Source: Parachlamydiales bacterium | Lineage (GTDB): Bacteria > Chlamydiota > Chlamydiia > Chlamydiales > Rhabdochlamydiaceae | Reading direction: 5' to 3' | Length of the DNA stretch: 64,000 bases | NCBI GenBank assembly: GCA_963705295.1 | Contig: OY970065.1 | Span: 608,001 to 672,000, forward strand | Shown: piece by piece, positions 40,674 through 50,048 of the stretch | How positions within the stretch are numbered: the stretch's first letter is position 1 | Layout of the letters: every line of letters starts with the position of its first letter | Notes under the pieces: generated by a model | The model's database searches: none | What the model saw: only the letters and a program-made list of their open reading frames with translations | What the model was told of the DNA's origin: nothing | Program-made: the position numbers and the translations under genes

Positions 40674-41987
40674 ATGGCAGGTTTTTTTATATGGGGTCTG
40701 AGTCGAGCTCAACTAGGGCGGGTTTATGAAATCGAGATGCCTGAAAAACTAGAGAATTATTCTCCTGATTTAAATCTTCCTTTAGATAAGCGGGTGGTCC
40801 GGGAATCGACGGATCAACCGAAAACGATCTTTGTTGTGGATAAGATTTTTCGGGTGGTGGTTGATAACGAGAGTGTGTGCCATCACTTAGATTTTTATCG
40901 GGATGCGCGTCATTTTTCCGTTGCTTATGGGATTGTGGCGGCTATTGGGACCACCTGCTTGTCGGGTTATCTTTTGAAGCATGGGAGGTCTTTGATCACG
41001 ATCGGGGCTTTGGTGGGGAGTGTTGCTGCCATGATCTTAGGGATAGGGCGGTATATCCAGGCAAGCCGTTTGGAAAATGATTTTCGAAGGTTCCTGCATC
41101 AGTTGCCTCAGAATTTTGCACGCGAAAGAAAGGCTCTTTATCAAACGGGCTTAACCGGTGCAACCACAAGGTCAAACTGTTTTCATCCAGAAGAAGTTAA
41201 AATCCTCTACAGAAATCACTTCCTTAGAGTTGTTGGAGAATTGCTGGATCAAAGTCCCGATAACCCAAGTGAAAAAAACCAGTGGATTTCTAGTTTATTG
41301 AATGCACGTCCTCATCCCATTGAAAATTACGATACGATTTTTACTAAAGACGATCGGAATGTCTTCACTCAAATTCGAGACGACTTTTTAAAGTTGAAGA
41401 GCTTTGTGAACACTTCGGAAGATGCCCGTGCAAGGTACCGAGGAGTTCTATCAGAGAAGGTCAATCAGGTTTCGGGTGCGATTGCAAAACGACTTGAAAT
41501 AACTGTTTTAAATTTAGGCCTCACTTCAAAATTAAGGCAGCTGTTTGAAGAGAGAAGGCAAAAACTTGCCAAACTTTCAGATGATGAAGAAAAAGTAAAA
41601 CTCTCACAAACTTGCTTAGCTACGGAAAATCGTTATAGGAAATACAGAACAATAGCTCTTAGGGCAGTCATTCAGCCCGAAGAACTCCCAGAACCAAAAT
41701 CTTTACAAGATGCTTTTGAAACGGCATCCAACGGAGTTGCTATTTATTACCCAACTTGGAGAGCTTTTCTATGGGCAGCATGGGAAGCTGTGAATGAGGG
41801 AAAGCCGTATCAGCATGAGATCAAGTTTGATGAGATCTTTGTCGACATCCCTGTACCCGACATCGGTACTTTTCAACTCCCCCCGATTGAAGATTTTTAT
41901 AGTAGAGCTGAAGCTTTAGCTCCAAAAGAGGGGATCGAACGAGAAGAGTATTTGCAATTTGTTCGTGGACTTAAAGATGTCAAATAG
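40674..41987 (+). CDS. Hypothetical membrane protein with bilobed hydrophobic segment (Inc-like)
   Basis: Two adjacent hydrophobic helices VAYGIVAAIG...ILGIG, followed by a coiled-coil-like region. Confidence 0.6.
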   Translation: MAGFFIWGLSRAQLGRVYEIEMPEKLENYSPDLNLPLDKRVVRESTDQPKTIFVVDKIFRVVVDNESVCHHLDFYRDARHFSVAYGIVAAIGTTCLSGYLLKHGRSLITIGALVGSVAAMILGIGRYIQASRLENDFRRFLHQLPQNFARERKALYQTGLTGATTRSNCFHPEEVKILYRNHFLRVVGELLDQSPDNPSEKNQWISSLLNARPHPIENYDTIFTKDDRNVFTQIRDDFLKLKSFVNTSEDARARYRGVLSEKVNQVSGAIAKRLEITVLNLGLTSKLRQLFEERRQKLAKLSDDEEKVKLSQTCLATENRYRKYRTIALRAVIQPEELPEPKSLQDAFETASNGVAIYYPTWRAFLWAAWEAVNEGKPYQHEIKFDEIFVDIPVPDIGTFQLPPIEDFYSRAEALAPKEGIEREEYLQFVRGLKDVK

Positions 41988-42426
41988 GGTGGGACGGTTT
42001 TTGAACCATCCGGCCTTTACTATGGGAATCATCCCTCATGATCCTTTGAGGGTAGGCCATTTTGCCAATAGGTCTCTTCGAGACCGCGTTCAAGTCCGTG
42101 AAGAAAATGGAATGTCCCAATTTTGCGTCGATGAGTTTCTTCTAATTCAGGTTGATGCCATTCAGCGGAATGTTGCTATGCCTCATTGGACGAGAATGAA
42201 GAATGTTGCTTGGAGATTTACGGCACTGAATCTCGTGTTGACTGGGGGTGCAGCTCTTTGTGCCTTTGCAGCGAGTCGATTTTGGGTGATTATGGCAGGA
42301 GTCATTTGCTCCATAGTCTTTGCTATTTTAACGGGAACCTGCTGGGGCCGATATGCGATCGCATCCCAGCAAAGAAATATTTGGGAAAATCCCGGCAGTT
42401 ATTTAATTTCATCTGGTGTAAACTAG
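41977..42426 (+). CDS. Short Inc-like membrane protein
   Basis: Bilobed hydrophobic stretch LNLVLTGGAALCAFAA...VICSIVFAIL. Confidence 0.55.
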   Translation: MSNRVGRFLNHPAFTMGIIPHDPLRVGHFANRSLRDRVQVREENGMSQFCVDEFLLIQVDAIQRNVAMPHWTRMKNVAWRFTALNLVLTGGAALCAFAASRFWVIMAGVICSIVFAILTGTCWGRYAIASQQRNIWENPGSYLISSGVN

Positions 42427-42448
42427 TACCCATAAAAAGTGAGGTGTT

Positions 42449-43561
42449 ATGTCCGTACTCAATGTGTTATTTCCAAGTTCCATCCCTAGACCGATGTTTC
42501 GAAGGGATGTAATTGAAGATGTTAAAGCAGACGTTACCCTTACTACCCTTGAAGAATATGGGCAGAAACCTCTCATCGAACGTTTCAAGAATAATGTCGT
42601 GGATGGGGCGTTCACGCTAAAAGCAGAAACCCCGGAGGACCGGACTCGAGCGGTCGCATTTTGGGCTCGATTCAAAACCGTCTGTGTTTTGACGGGTGTG
42701 GTCGAGCAAGGCTTGATTTATGGGCTGAGTTATTATCTATTTAAAAGGTGTTCTTCTTTGTGGGTGAAAGCGGCTGTGGGAATTGCTGCAGCGTTCATCA
42801 GTTATGCCAGGTTCAATCATTCCAAGATCAAATACAGAGAATCTAACTACGAAGGGATAAATTGGAGTTCTCAGCCGGGTATTTCCTTCATCGATAACCG
42901 TGACCATGTCAAACGATTAAAACATGAGGAATTATTTACACGTGAAAGAATAAACGGAGCAGCCTATCTCCATCCCAAAGAATTAGAAGACAGGTATGCC
43001 AAGAATCTGGAAAGTTTTAAAACTACTTTATTAAACCCCATAATGAACGATATGCATCTTTTGCCTCTCTTTTTTGAGAAAGGGTCCCTCGTGAATCCAT
43101 TTAATAGAAAAGTTATTAAAATTGTTTTTGGCAAAATGCCGCAGACACTTGAAAGCCGGGCTAAGACCTTTGAAACTTTATTTTATTTACATCTCAGAAT
43201 TAACGATGGAAATAATCAAAAACTGTTTAGTGGATTAGTAGAAAGGATTAAAAAAGCCTCGGAAGAACTTCCAGCATCACCTCATAAAGAGGTTTTTTTA
43301 CTGAGGGTTTTGGCTGGGCTAACAAGATACGAGTTAGAAGTGGGTCAAGAGGGTAAGATGGCCAGAATGGTGCGGCAATTTCTTAAAGAAGAATTGGATA
43401 TCCGACAAATCAGTGTAGCCGACATGATTCCTTTTAATATCACACGGAACTGGAATATCGAACGATTGAAAGCGCTTATTTTGGAATCGGCTCCTAAGGA
43501 AGCGATGCCCGAATATACTGCATATGTGAATGCGTTAAAGATAGAGGCCTTGTTAAGTTAA
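42449..43561 (+). CDS. Hypothetical membrane protein, Inc-like, distant paralog of 40674..41987
   Basis: Bilobed hydrophobic stretch; shared VVD and HPxE motifs. Confidence 0.55.
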   Translation: MSVLNVLFPSSIPRPMFRRDVIEDVKADVTLTTLEEYGQKPLIERFKNNVVDGAFTLKAETPEDRTRAVAFWARFKTVCVLTGVVEQGLIYGLSYYLFKRCSSLWVKAAVGIAAAFISYARFNHSKIKYRESNYEGINWSSQPGISFIDNRDHVKRLKHEELFTRERINGAAYLHPKELEDRYAKNLESFKTTLLNPIMNDMHLLPLFFEKGSLVNPFNRKVIKIVFGKMPQTLESRAKTFETLFYLHLRINDGNNQKLFSGLVERIKKASEELPASPHKEVFLLRVLAGLTRYELEVGQEGKMARMVRQFLKEELDIRQISVADMIPFNITRNWNIERLKALILESAPKEAMPEYTAYVNALKIEALLS

Positions 43562-43589
43562 CAAAGCCCCTGGGAGGTTCTTTCAGAGA

Positions 43590-43931
43590 TTAATAGCGGG
43601 AACGACGGTTTCCGCGATCTCGATCTCGGAAGCCACCACCTTCGCGAGGTCCACGTTCGCCACGCTCAGTTGGCGGACGAGCGATGCTGACGACGAGTGT
43701 TCTTCCACCGAGTTCAGATCCATTGACACCTTCGATCGCTTTTTGAGCGTCGTCGGCACTTTCCATTTCTACAAAAGCAAATCCTTTGGACTGGCCTGTA
43801 TCACGGTCGATGACAATCTTGATCGATTTAATAGGTCCGAATTGACTAAAGATCTGTTGGAGATCGTCTTCGGTAGTTTTATACGGGAGACTTCCGACGT
43901 ATAATTTTTGATTTTCTTGTTTTTGGTTCAT
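43590..43931 (-). CDS. RRM RNA-binding protein
   Basis: RNP2 LYVGSL, RNP1 KGFAFVEM, RG-rich tail. Confidence 0.93.
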   Translation of the reverse strand: MNQKQENQKLYVGSLPYKTTEDDLQQIFSQFGPIKSIKIVIDRDTGQSKGFAFVEMESADDAQKAIEGVNGSELGGRTLVVSIARPPTERGERGPREGGGFRDRDRGNRRSRY

Positions 43932-43949
43932 GTATTCCTTATATTGATT

Positions 43950-44300
43950 TTAACGATCGCGGAAACGACGTTGTTGTCTTTGACCGCCCCAGTTGCCTTC
44001 TTCTCGGTCGCGGGAACCTCTTTCACCACGTTCTGTGGGAGGACGCGCTACGCTAACGACGAGAGTTCTTCCGCCAAGCTCAGACCCGTTGACTCCTTCA
44101 ATCGCTTTTTGAGCACAATCATCGTTGTCCATTTCGACAAATCCAAATCCTTTGGATTGGCCGGTGACATGATCAGTCACGATTTTAACGGACTTGATCG
44201 CTCCAAATTGGCTAAAAATTTGATGAAGATCTTCTTCGGTTGTCTTGTAAGGAAGACTTCCTACGTATAGTTTTTGTTTTTGTTCATTCGTTTGATTCAT
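43950..44300 (-). CDS. RRM RNA-binding protein (tandem paralog)
   Basis: LYVGSL, KGFGFVEM. Confidence 0.93.
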   Translation of the reverse strand: MNQTNEQKQKLYVGSLPYKTTEEDLHQIFSQFGAIKSVKIVTDHVTGQSKGFGFVEMDNDDCAQKAIEGVNGSELGGRTLVVSVARPPTERGERGSRDREEGNWGGQRQQRRFRDR

Positions 44301-44505
44301 ATTTTTCCTTCATTTAAAACAGGTGTGTTTTCACCTAAGACTGATCGATTCTTCTCCCTATAGGCAAAACACATTGCAACTGGTAAGAAAGCTTTCAATC
44401 AATACTGCCTCTATTATACCTTGGTTGTCTATTGCTTAGCAAGATTTTCTTACATTTATAGAAAAAATTTGAATATTCAAATAGTTGATTATTAGGTAGT
44501 TAAGT

Positions 44506-45651
44506 ATGGAATTTTGTCATCATTTATCGGAATGTGGTGGATGCTCAATGCAGGAAGTTCCCTATGAGGAACAGCTCAAACAGAAGCAAATGGAAATAGA
44601 AAAGATCTTTTCTGGAGTTAGGGTTGAACCGATTATTCCCTGTATGAATCCATGGCGGTACCGAAATAAGATGGAGTTTTCTTTTTCCCAGAATAAGGCG
44701 GGCGACCGATTTTTGGGATTGATCATGAGAAAATCTCGAGGCAAGGTAGTGAATCTTCACGAGTGTTTGATCTCGCCATGTTGGTTTACGGAGGTTTTGA
44801 AGAGGGTCAAAAAGTGGTGGGAAGAATCTTCCCCAGCCTCACTAGCTGCATTCAATTTTCGAAATGGGGAAGGGTGTCTGCGGACCTTGACATTAAGAGA
44901 AGGTCGACGGACGGGTGACAGATTGGCGATGTTGACGGTGTCCGGAGATCCCCGTTTTGCTATGAAAAGAGGGGATCTCGATCGTTTTGTTGAAATCGTT
45001 GGTGAGATGTCGGTTTTTCTGCGCATTCAACAGGCACGGAAAGGGAAACCAACGGAATTTTTTGAAATGCATCTTAAAGGAGCCGATCACGTGCGTGAAA
45101 AGATGGAGATTCAGGGCAAGGTGCTCACGTTTAAGATCAGTCCAACCTCTTTTTTCCAGCCCAATACAGATCAGGCAGAGGTTTTGTACAATACAGCTTT
45201 GGAGATGTGCTCTGTGGGCTCTGATGCGGTCGTGTACGATCTTTATTGCGGAACGGCGACGCTCGGGATGGGATTTGCTCTCATGGCAAACAAGGTGGTG
45301 GGAATCGAGATCAATCCTCATGCGATTTTTGATGCGAAGGCGAATGCAGAGGAGAATCAGATTTCCAACATGGAGCTGATTTGTGGAGATGTCGGAACGG
45401 TGCTTTCTCAGATGAAAACTCCCGATCTTGCTATTGTCGATCCGCCTAGATCGGGATTAGATGGTCCGGCTCTAGAGGCTTTAAAAAAGTTGGCGCCCAA
45501 GAAAATTCTATATATTTCATGCAATCCCACAACCCAAGCGAAGAATATTGCAGAACTGACCTCGTATAAAATCAATACGATACAACCTGTCGATCAATTT
45601 CCCCATACACCTCATATTGAAAATATTGTTTTACTTGATTCTTCGGCCTAA
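44506..45651 (+). CDS. rlmD: 23S rRNA (uracil-5)-methyltransferase, RlmD/RumA family
   Basis: C..CGGC Fe-S motif, YRNK, SFFQPN, DLYCG, DPPRSG, YISCNP, VDQFPHT. Confidence 0.88.
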   Translation: MEFCHHLSECGGCSMQEVPYEEQLKQKQMEIEKIFSGVRVEPIIPCMNPWRYRNKMEFSFSQNKAGDRFLGLIMRKSRGKVVNLHECLISPCWFTEVLKRVKKWWEESSPASLAAFNFRNGEGCLRTLTLREGRRTGDRLAMLTVSGDPRFAMKRGDLDRFVEIVGEMSVFLRIQQARKGKPTEFFEMHLKGADHVREKMEIQGKVLTFKISPTSFFQPNTDQAEVLYNTALEMCSVGSDAVVYDLYCGTATLGMGFALMANKVVGIEINPHAIFDAKANAEENQISNMELICGDVGTVLSQMKTPDLAIVDPPRSGLDGPALEALKKLAPKKILYISCNPTTQAKNIAELTSYKINTIQPVDQFPHTPHIENIVLLDSSA

Positions 45652-45688
45652 ATCAGGCATCCTTATGGAAAACACATTTTGAGGAATT

Positions 45689-46063
45689 ATGTACAAAAAA
45701 TTGTTGGGTTTTGCCTTAGCTACAGGATCTTTGCTCGCGGATGAGGCGGCAGCTCCGAAAGAAAGTAATATTATGCAAACACTGATGCTTCTGGGTTTTG
45801 GTGTTGTGTTTTTCTATTTTCTCCTCTGGCGCCCAGAACAAAAACGACGTAAGAACATGGAAAAACAACGGAGCTCTCTGAAAAAAGGGGACCGGGTTAC
45901 AGCCATGGGGATTATCGGTTCTGTTGTTCGGATCCAAGATACTTCTGTGATTCTGAAGATGGTTGATGGATCTAAAATCGAAGTCTTAAAGGCTGCCATC
46001 ACCGATGTTCAACCAGGAACTGAGGAAGTCCAAGAAGTTCAAGTCGCAGAAACCGAAGCTTAA
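45689..46063 (+). CDS. yajC: Preprotein translocase subunit YajC
   Basis: FYFLLWRPEQKRRK, LKKGDRVTAMGIIG. Confidence 0.92.
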   Translation: MYKKLLGFALATGSLLADEAAAPKESNIMQTLMLLGFGVVFFYFLLWRPEQKRRKNMEKQRSSLKKGDRVTAMGIIGSVVRIQDTSVILKMVDGSKIEVLKAAITDVQPGTEEVQEVQVAETEA

Positions 46064-47367
46064 ACGTGGCATTTTTGAAGAAGCTCTAAGAATGACTCTT
46101 CAACTCGAGTAATCGTTAGAAGAGTTTGTTCTGTTTCTCGAAGATGTGATTCAATCACACCTTTATCTTTATCATCCGATACGAGTTTTCGATATAGTTT
46201 TGCAATTTCAGTCAGCCGATATTTTAATGCGGTCAGATGGCCTGCCATAAAGAGAAAGTCGTTCAAATGTTCGAACGGTTCCGTTGGTTGGATGTTTATT
46301 TTATCTAAAAACCGTTTAAAATCAATTTCTGTCTGGACTCTCAGCTGATTCACGCCCGTAACCGTTAAGGTTTTGATTTTTCTTCGCGAATTTTCAAATT
46401 CATTCCGATCTCCATCGATGATCTCTTTTCTTTTTCGGATTAAAAAACGACGGGCTCGCTCCAGATCTTTAGGAGAACCTCCAATCGTTTCAGAAGCTTT
46501 TCGAGCCGCTTCTTCCAGAGTTTCCTCCTTCTGAAGAAGTTGGATGAGGTTGATAAGAACAACCGGCCGGGCCTCTTTACTAATCTGATGCTTGCGTTGA
46601 TCTTGATTAGCCTCCGCGAGGCTTTCTTGCATTCTCGCCAACATTTGACCCAAAGAGGCGGGAGATGGAAGTGGACGAACTGGTGAACCGGCAGGAGACT
46701 CTACAGTAGATGGAGAAGGTTCTTGTCTTGTTTTTTCCAGAACTTTCTCGATTTCGACGATCCGCTCCCGTAAAGAACGATTTTCCTCTTCCAAACGGCG
46801 GACATGTTCCTCGGTTCGGAGTTCGACTTGGGATCGAGCCTCTTGGAGTTTTCTGAGTTCTTCTCTAAGTCGTTCGACTTCTCGGGCTCTTTCATCGTGT
46901 ATAGTTGCGTTATCTCCTCTGAGTTTAGAGAAAGATTCTTGGGCTCTTCTGAGTTCTTCTCTAAGTCGTTCGATTTCGGCATTTTTGGAAGTATCAATGG
47001 GGAGCGACCTTTGAGCTGCCTGGCGAATTTTTAGGAGGGTTTCATGGATGTCCGAAGAGATGGGGAGTGTGTCGGAAAGTGTGGTTTCAGATCCGTTTTT
47101 GATCAAAACCCATTTATTTGCTCTAAATTCGAGTCTTTGTTCTGATGAAGAAATATTTGAAAGGTTGAAAACAATTCTAGTTCTTGTAATATCTAAGATG
47201 TAAGTATCATGCTCACTGTAATGGAAGTATTGGGCAACAATGTTTCCTACAAGGAGAGTGATATCATAAGGGCCCTTTTGCTGGATCAATGGAAGTTGAG
47301 CAGCAGAGAGATTCTGAGGAGATTCAGAATTCGGGGTATAAGCACATTGATTGATTTGACTTAGCAT
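46060..47367 (-). CDS. Coiled-coil hypothetical protein
   Basis: Internal repeat EIERLREELRRAQE / EVERLREELRKLQE; S/P-rich linker. Confidence 0.65.
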   Translation of the reverse strand: MLSQINQCAYTPNSESPQNLSAAQLPLIQQKGPYDITLLVGNIVAQYFHYSEHDTYILDITRTRIVFNLSNISSSEQRLEFRANKWVLIKNGSETTLSDTLPISSDIHETLLKIRQAAQRSLPIDTSKNAEIERLREELRRAQESFSKLRGDNATIHDERAREVERLREELRKLQEARSQVELRTEEHVRRLEEENRSLRERIVEIEKVLEKTRQEPSPSTVESPAGSPVRPLPSPASLGQMLARMQESLAEANQDQRKHQISKEARPVVLINLIQLLQKEETLEEAARKASETIGGSPKDLERARRFLIRKRKEIIDGDRNEFENSRRKIKTLTVTGVNQLRVQTEIDFKRFLDKINIQPTEPFEHLNDFLFMAGHLTALKYRLTEIAKLYRKLVSDDKDKGVIESHLRETEQTLLTITRVEESFLELLQKCHV

Positions 47368-47433
47368 AATTTAGTTCTATTATAGTTGTTTTTTGAATTA
47401 ATTTGTATTAAATTCTAAATATTTAAAGATTAA

Positions 47434-48630
47434 ATGGTTATGAAGAGATTTTTTTGTTTCTTAGTCGCGCTGGTAGTCTGTGGGGGAGTTCTTTCTGGGG
47501 AAGAGCCTGCGGTCGTTTATCTCACATGGACACACGATCCATCGACCACGATGATGGTTCAATGGCACACGTCGAACTCTTCTAAAACCTCCAGGGTTTT
47601 TTATCGGCCTGCTAAGTCAGAGAAAGCTCCTTGGAAAATGAGTGAAGGGAGCATTGAAACGGTCAAGAAATCGACTCTGGTTCATACAGTGGAACTCGCT
47701 CAGCTTACCGCCGATGGAGATTACATTTTTCAAATTGATGGCAGCAGCGCGGAATATCGATTTAAAACGATGCCAAAGAAGCTGAATCGGCCTATTCGGT
47801 TTGTCGTCGGAGGCGATGTTTTCATGCCCGATAGACCGGCTCCTTTTTATAACATGAACCGTGTTATCTCTGAGACAGATCCTGATTTTGTCGTGGTCAT
47901 GGGGGATCTCGTTTATAATGCAAAATCAGAACCACGGAATAAACTCGAAAAACTGCAGCTTTTTCTGAAAGAAACCCAAGAGTCGATTCGAGGAAAAGAT
48001 GGCCGTTTAATCCCTCTTTTGATCGGTGTTGGTAATCACGATGTTCCTACACTCGGTTCAACCAAGCCGGGGGATATTGAAACCTTTTATCAAGTTTTTG
48101 CATTTCCGAAGCGTGAGCAGGCTTACCGGGCTTTCGATTGTGGCGATTATTTGAGTCTTCTTTTGCTCGATTCAGACCATACGGCGGCGATTAAGGGAGA
48201 ACAAACAGAGTGGTTAGACAAAGCATTGTCTGAAAGGCAAAAAACCCCATATATTTTACCTATTTATCACGTTGCAGCCTATCCTTCGTATTACCCTTTT
48301 GACGAAGCGATTCCAAAAAAGATTAGAATGTTTTGGTCGCCCCTTTTTGAGAAATACAACATCAAAGTGGCTTTTGAGCACCACAACCATTGTTATAAAA
48401 GAACCTATCCTTTGAAACAGGGTTGGAAAGATCCGACAGGGGTCACTTACATGGGAGACGGCTCATGGGGAGTTTCGCCCCGGAAACCGTGGTCTTCCAC
48501 CGAACTCTGGTACTTGGCAAAGTCGGCTTCATCGAACGCATGCTATTTTGTCACGCTTTACGAAGACCGATGGATCATTGAAGTCAAGGACCCTTCCGGA
48601 AAAGTGATCGACATCTTGCTGAATCCTTAA
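47434..48630 (+). CDS. Secreted purple-acid-phosphatase-like metallophosphoesterase
   Basis: Signal peptide, FN3-like N-terminus, GGD, MGDLVY, VGNHD, EHHNH. Confidence 0.85.
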   Translation: MVMKRFFCFLVALVVCGGVLSGEEPAVVYLTWTHDPSTTMMVQWHTSNSSKTSRVFYRPAKSEKAPWKMSEGSIETVKKSTLVHTVELAQLTADGDYIFQIDGSSAEYRFKTMPKKLNRPIRFVVGGDVFMPDRPAPFYNMNRVISETDPDFVVVMGDLVYNAKSEPRNKLEKLQLFLKETQESIRGKDGRLIPLLIGVGNHDVPTLGSTKPGDIETFYQVFAFPKREQAYRAFDCGDYLSLLLLDSDHTAAIKGEQTEWLDKALSERQKTPYILPIYHVAAYPSYYPFDEAIPKKIRMFWSPLFEKYNIKVAFEHHNHCYKRTYPLKQGWKDPTGVTYMGDGSWGVSPRKPWSSTELWYLAKSASSNACYFVTLYEDRWIIEVKDPSGKVIDILLNP

Positions 48631-50045
48631 AAATTCGCTAAAGGGTGATCGATATAGCTTCGTACATAGGGAATATACCGGCCGACATTGGGAATTTTTA
48701 AGAGGTTTGATAGATCTCGGTAGGTGGCATAGAAAGAATAGAGTCTGAGGAGAGTCGAATGATTTTCCATAATGTATCCTAAAGTCAAGAATAACGAAAA
48801 ATAATCTGACATGGGGTTCCTCAAAAAAGGGATGATTAAGCCAGCATTCAATCCGTAGCATAAGCTTTTGATCGATTCCCATACTAAGATCTTATTCGTC
48901 AGCATGACAAGAATCCCTTCCATTTGATCGAACTTTTCGAGGATGATAGGAGGAAAATTCTTTCCTAAGATCCAAGTGCAAAGGTAAGTCATTGTCACTA
49001 AATAAAAAGCTGCTCGTAAATAAGAGGTAAAGACTAAATTTCCCCAGGACAAGAAATAAGGTTGGATGAAATCGTCGATGCGAGAAACAAGATCGGCAAT
49101 TTCGTTCCACACTGCAGTGTGAGCACGAGATATCATTTGAACCAGTCGATTGTTGAGGGGTATTAACTTCGCTATTCTGATTGCAGTTAAATAGAAAGCA
49201 AATCCTAAAATTAATTTATTAGGAAGAGATTCAGGAATGTATTCAAAATGGGTTTGTAAATATGCATGATACATTCTCAGCTCGGAGATAAGAGGTGCTG
49301 TTCCAAGCCTTTCATGAATAGGAAACATCAAAGGAGAGTCGATCATACTAATATACTTAAGCAAGAAATTGTGAATTTTTAGCGAATAATTCAATATTAA
49401 AGAGCTATCCGTTTTGAAAAGTGTATCAATTGTTAAAATGGCATAATAACTGTGGACCGTAAAGATGGCAAAATGAATGAGATAACTGACAAGTTCGATG
49501 CATTTTTGTTGAATTTGCGTGAATTGGACGTGTGTACGGAGTGAACTGATTTGAAATTCCCCTGCGACTTCAGGATGGAGTAAATAGTGATTGGAATTTT
49601 CGTATTTAATGTAGCACCAAAACGCTTTCGAAACTGCGACATTGCTAACTCGAGTACATTTTGGACAGGTTCCTCTCGAGTGAATCCATGGAACGATCCC
49701 TTCTCTATCATAAAGGTGTAGTCCATCGGGATTAAAGTATCCTTCATTGTCTAAAAGTCGTTCATTGTTTGTAGCAAGAGGGCCTATCTTTGAACGAACC
49801 GTAGGATCGACGCTTAAGCCATCCATTGCGGCTTCAAACTGAATCCCTCTTTCGGTATACCAAGCAGGGTATTCTCCCGTTGTTCTTCTGGTTTCAAAAA
49901 TTTCCCTACAGATGCGATCGATCCATTGAGTTCTTGCTTCGGCTTCATTGCATGTTGTAAAAAAAGGTTCAGAAATTTCCCCCCAGGTAAGGGGACATTG
50001 TAGGTCCACAAATTTCTGAAATAGATTGGGGCGTTGGACACTCAT
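48627..50045 (-). CDS. U-box/RING-like domain protein with hydrophobic C-terminal helices
   Basis: CPLTWGEISEPFFTTC ... HLYDREGIVPWIHSRGTCPKC. Confidence 0.6.
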   Translation of the reverse strand: MSVQRPNLFQKFVDLQCPLTWGEISEPFFTTCNEAEARTQWIDRICREIFETRRTTGEYPAWYTERGIQFEAAMDGLSVDPTVRSKIGPLATNNERLLDNEGYFNPDGLHLYDREGIVPWIHSRGTCPKCTRVSNVAVSKAFWCYIKYENSNHYLLHPEVAGEFQISSLRTHVQFTQIQQKCIELVSYLIHFAIFTVHSYYAILTIDTLFKTDSSLILNYSLKIHNFLLKYISMIDSPLMFPIHERLGTAPLISELRMYHAYLQTHFEYIPESLPNKLILGFAFYLTAIRIAKLIPLNNRLVQMISRAHTAVWNEIADLVSRIDDFIQPYFLSWGNLVFTSYLRAAFYLVTMTYLCTWILGKNFPPIILEKFDQMEGILVMLTNKILVWESIKSLCYGLNAGLIIPFLRNPMSDYFSLFLTLGYIMENHSTLLRLYSFYATYRDLSNLLKIPNVGRYIPYVRSYIDHPLANF

Positions 50046-50048
50046 TTT

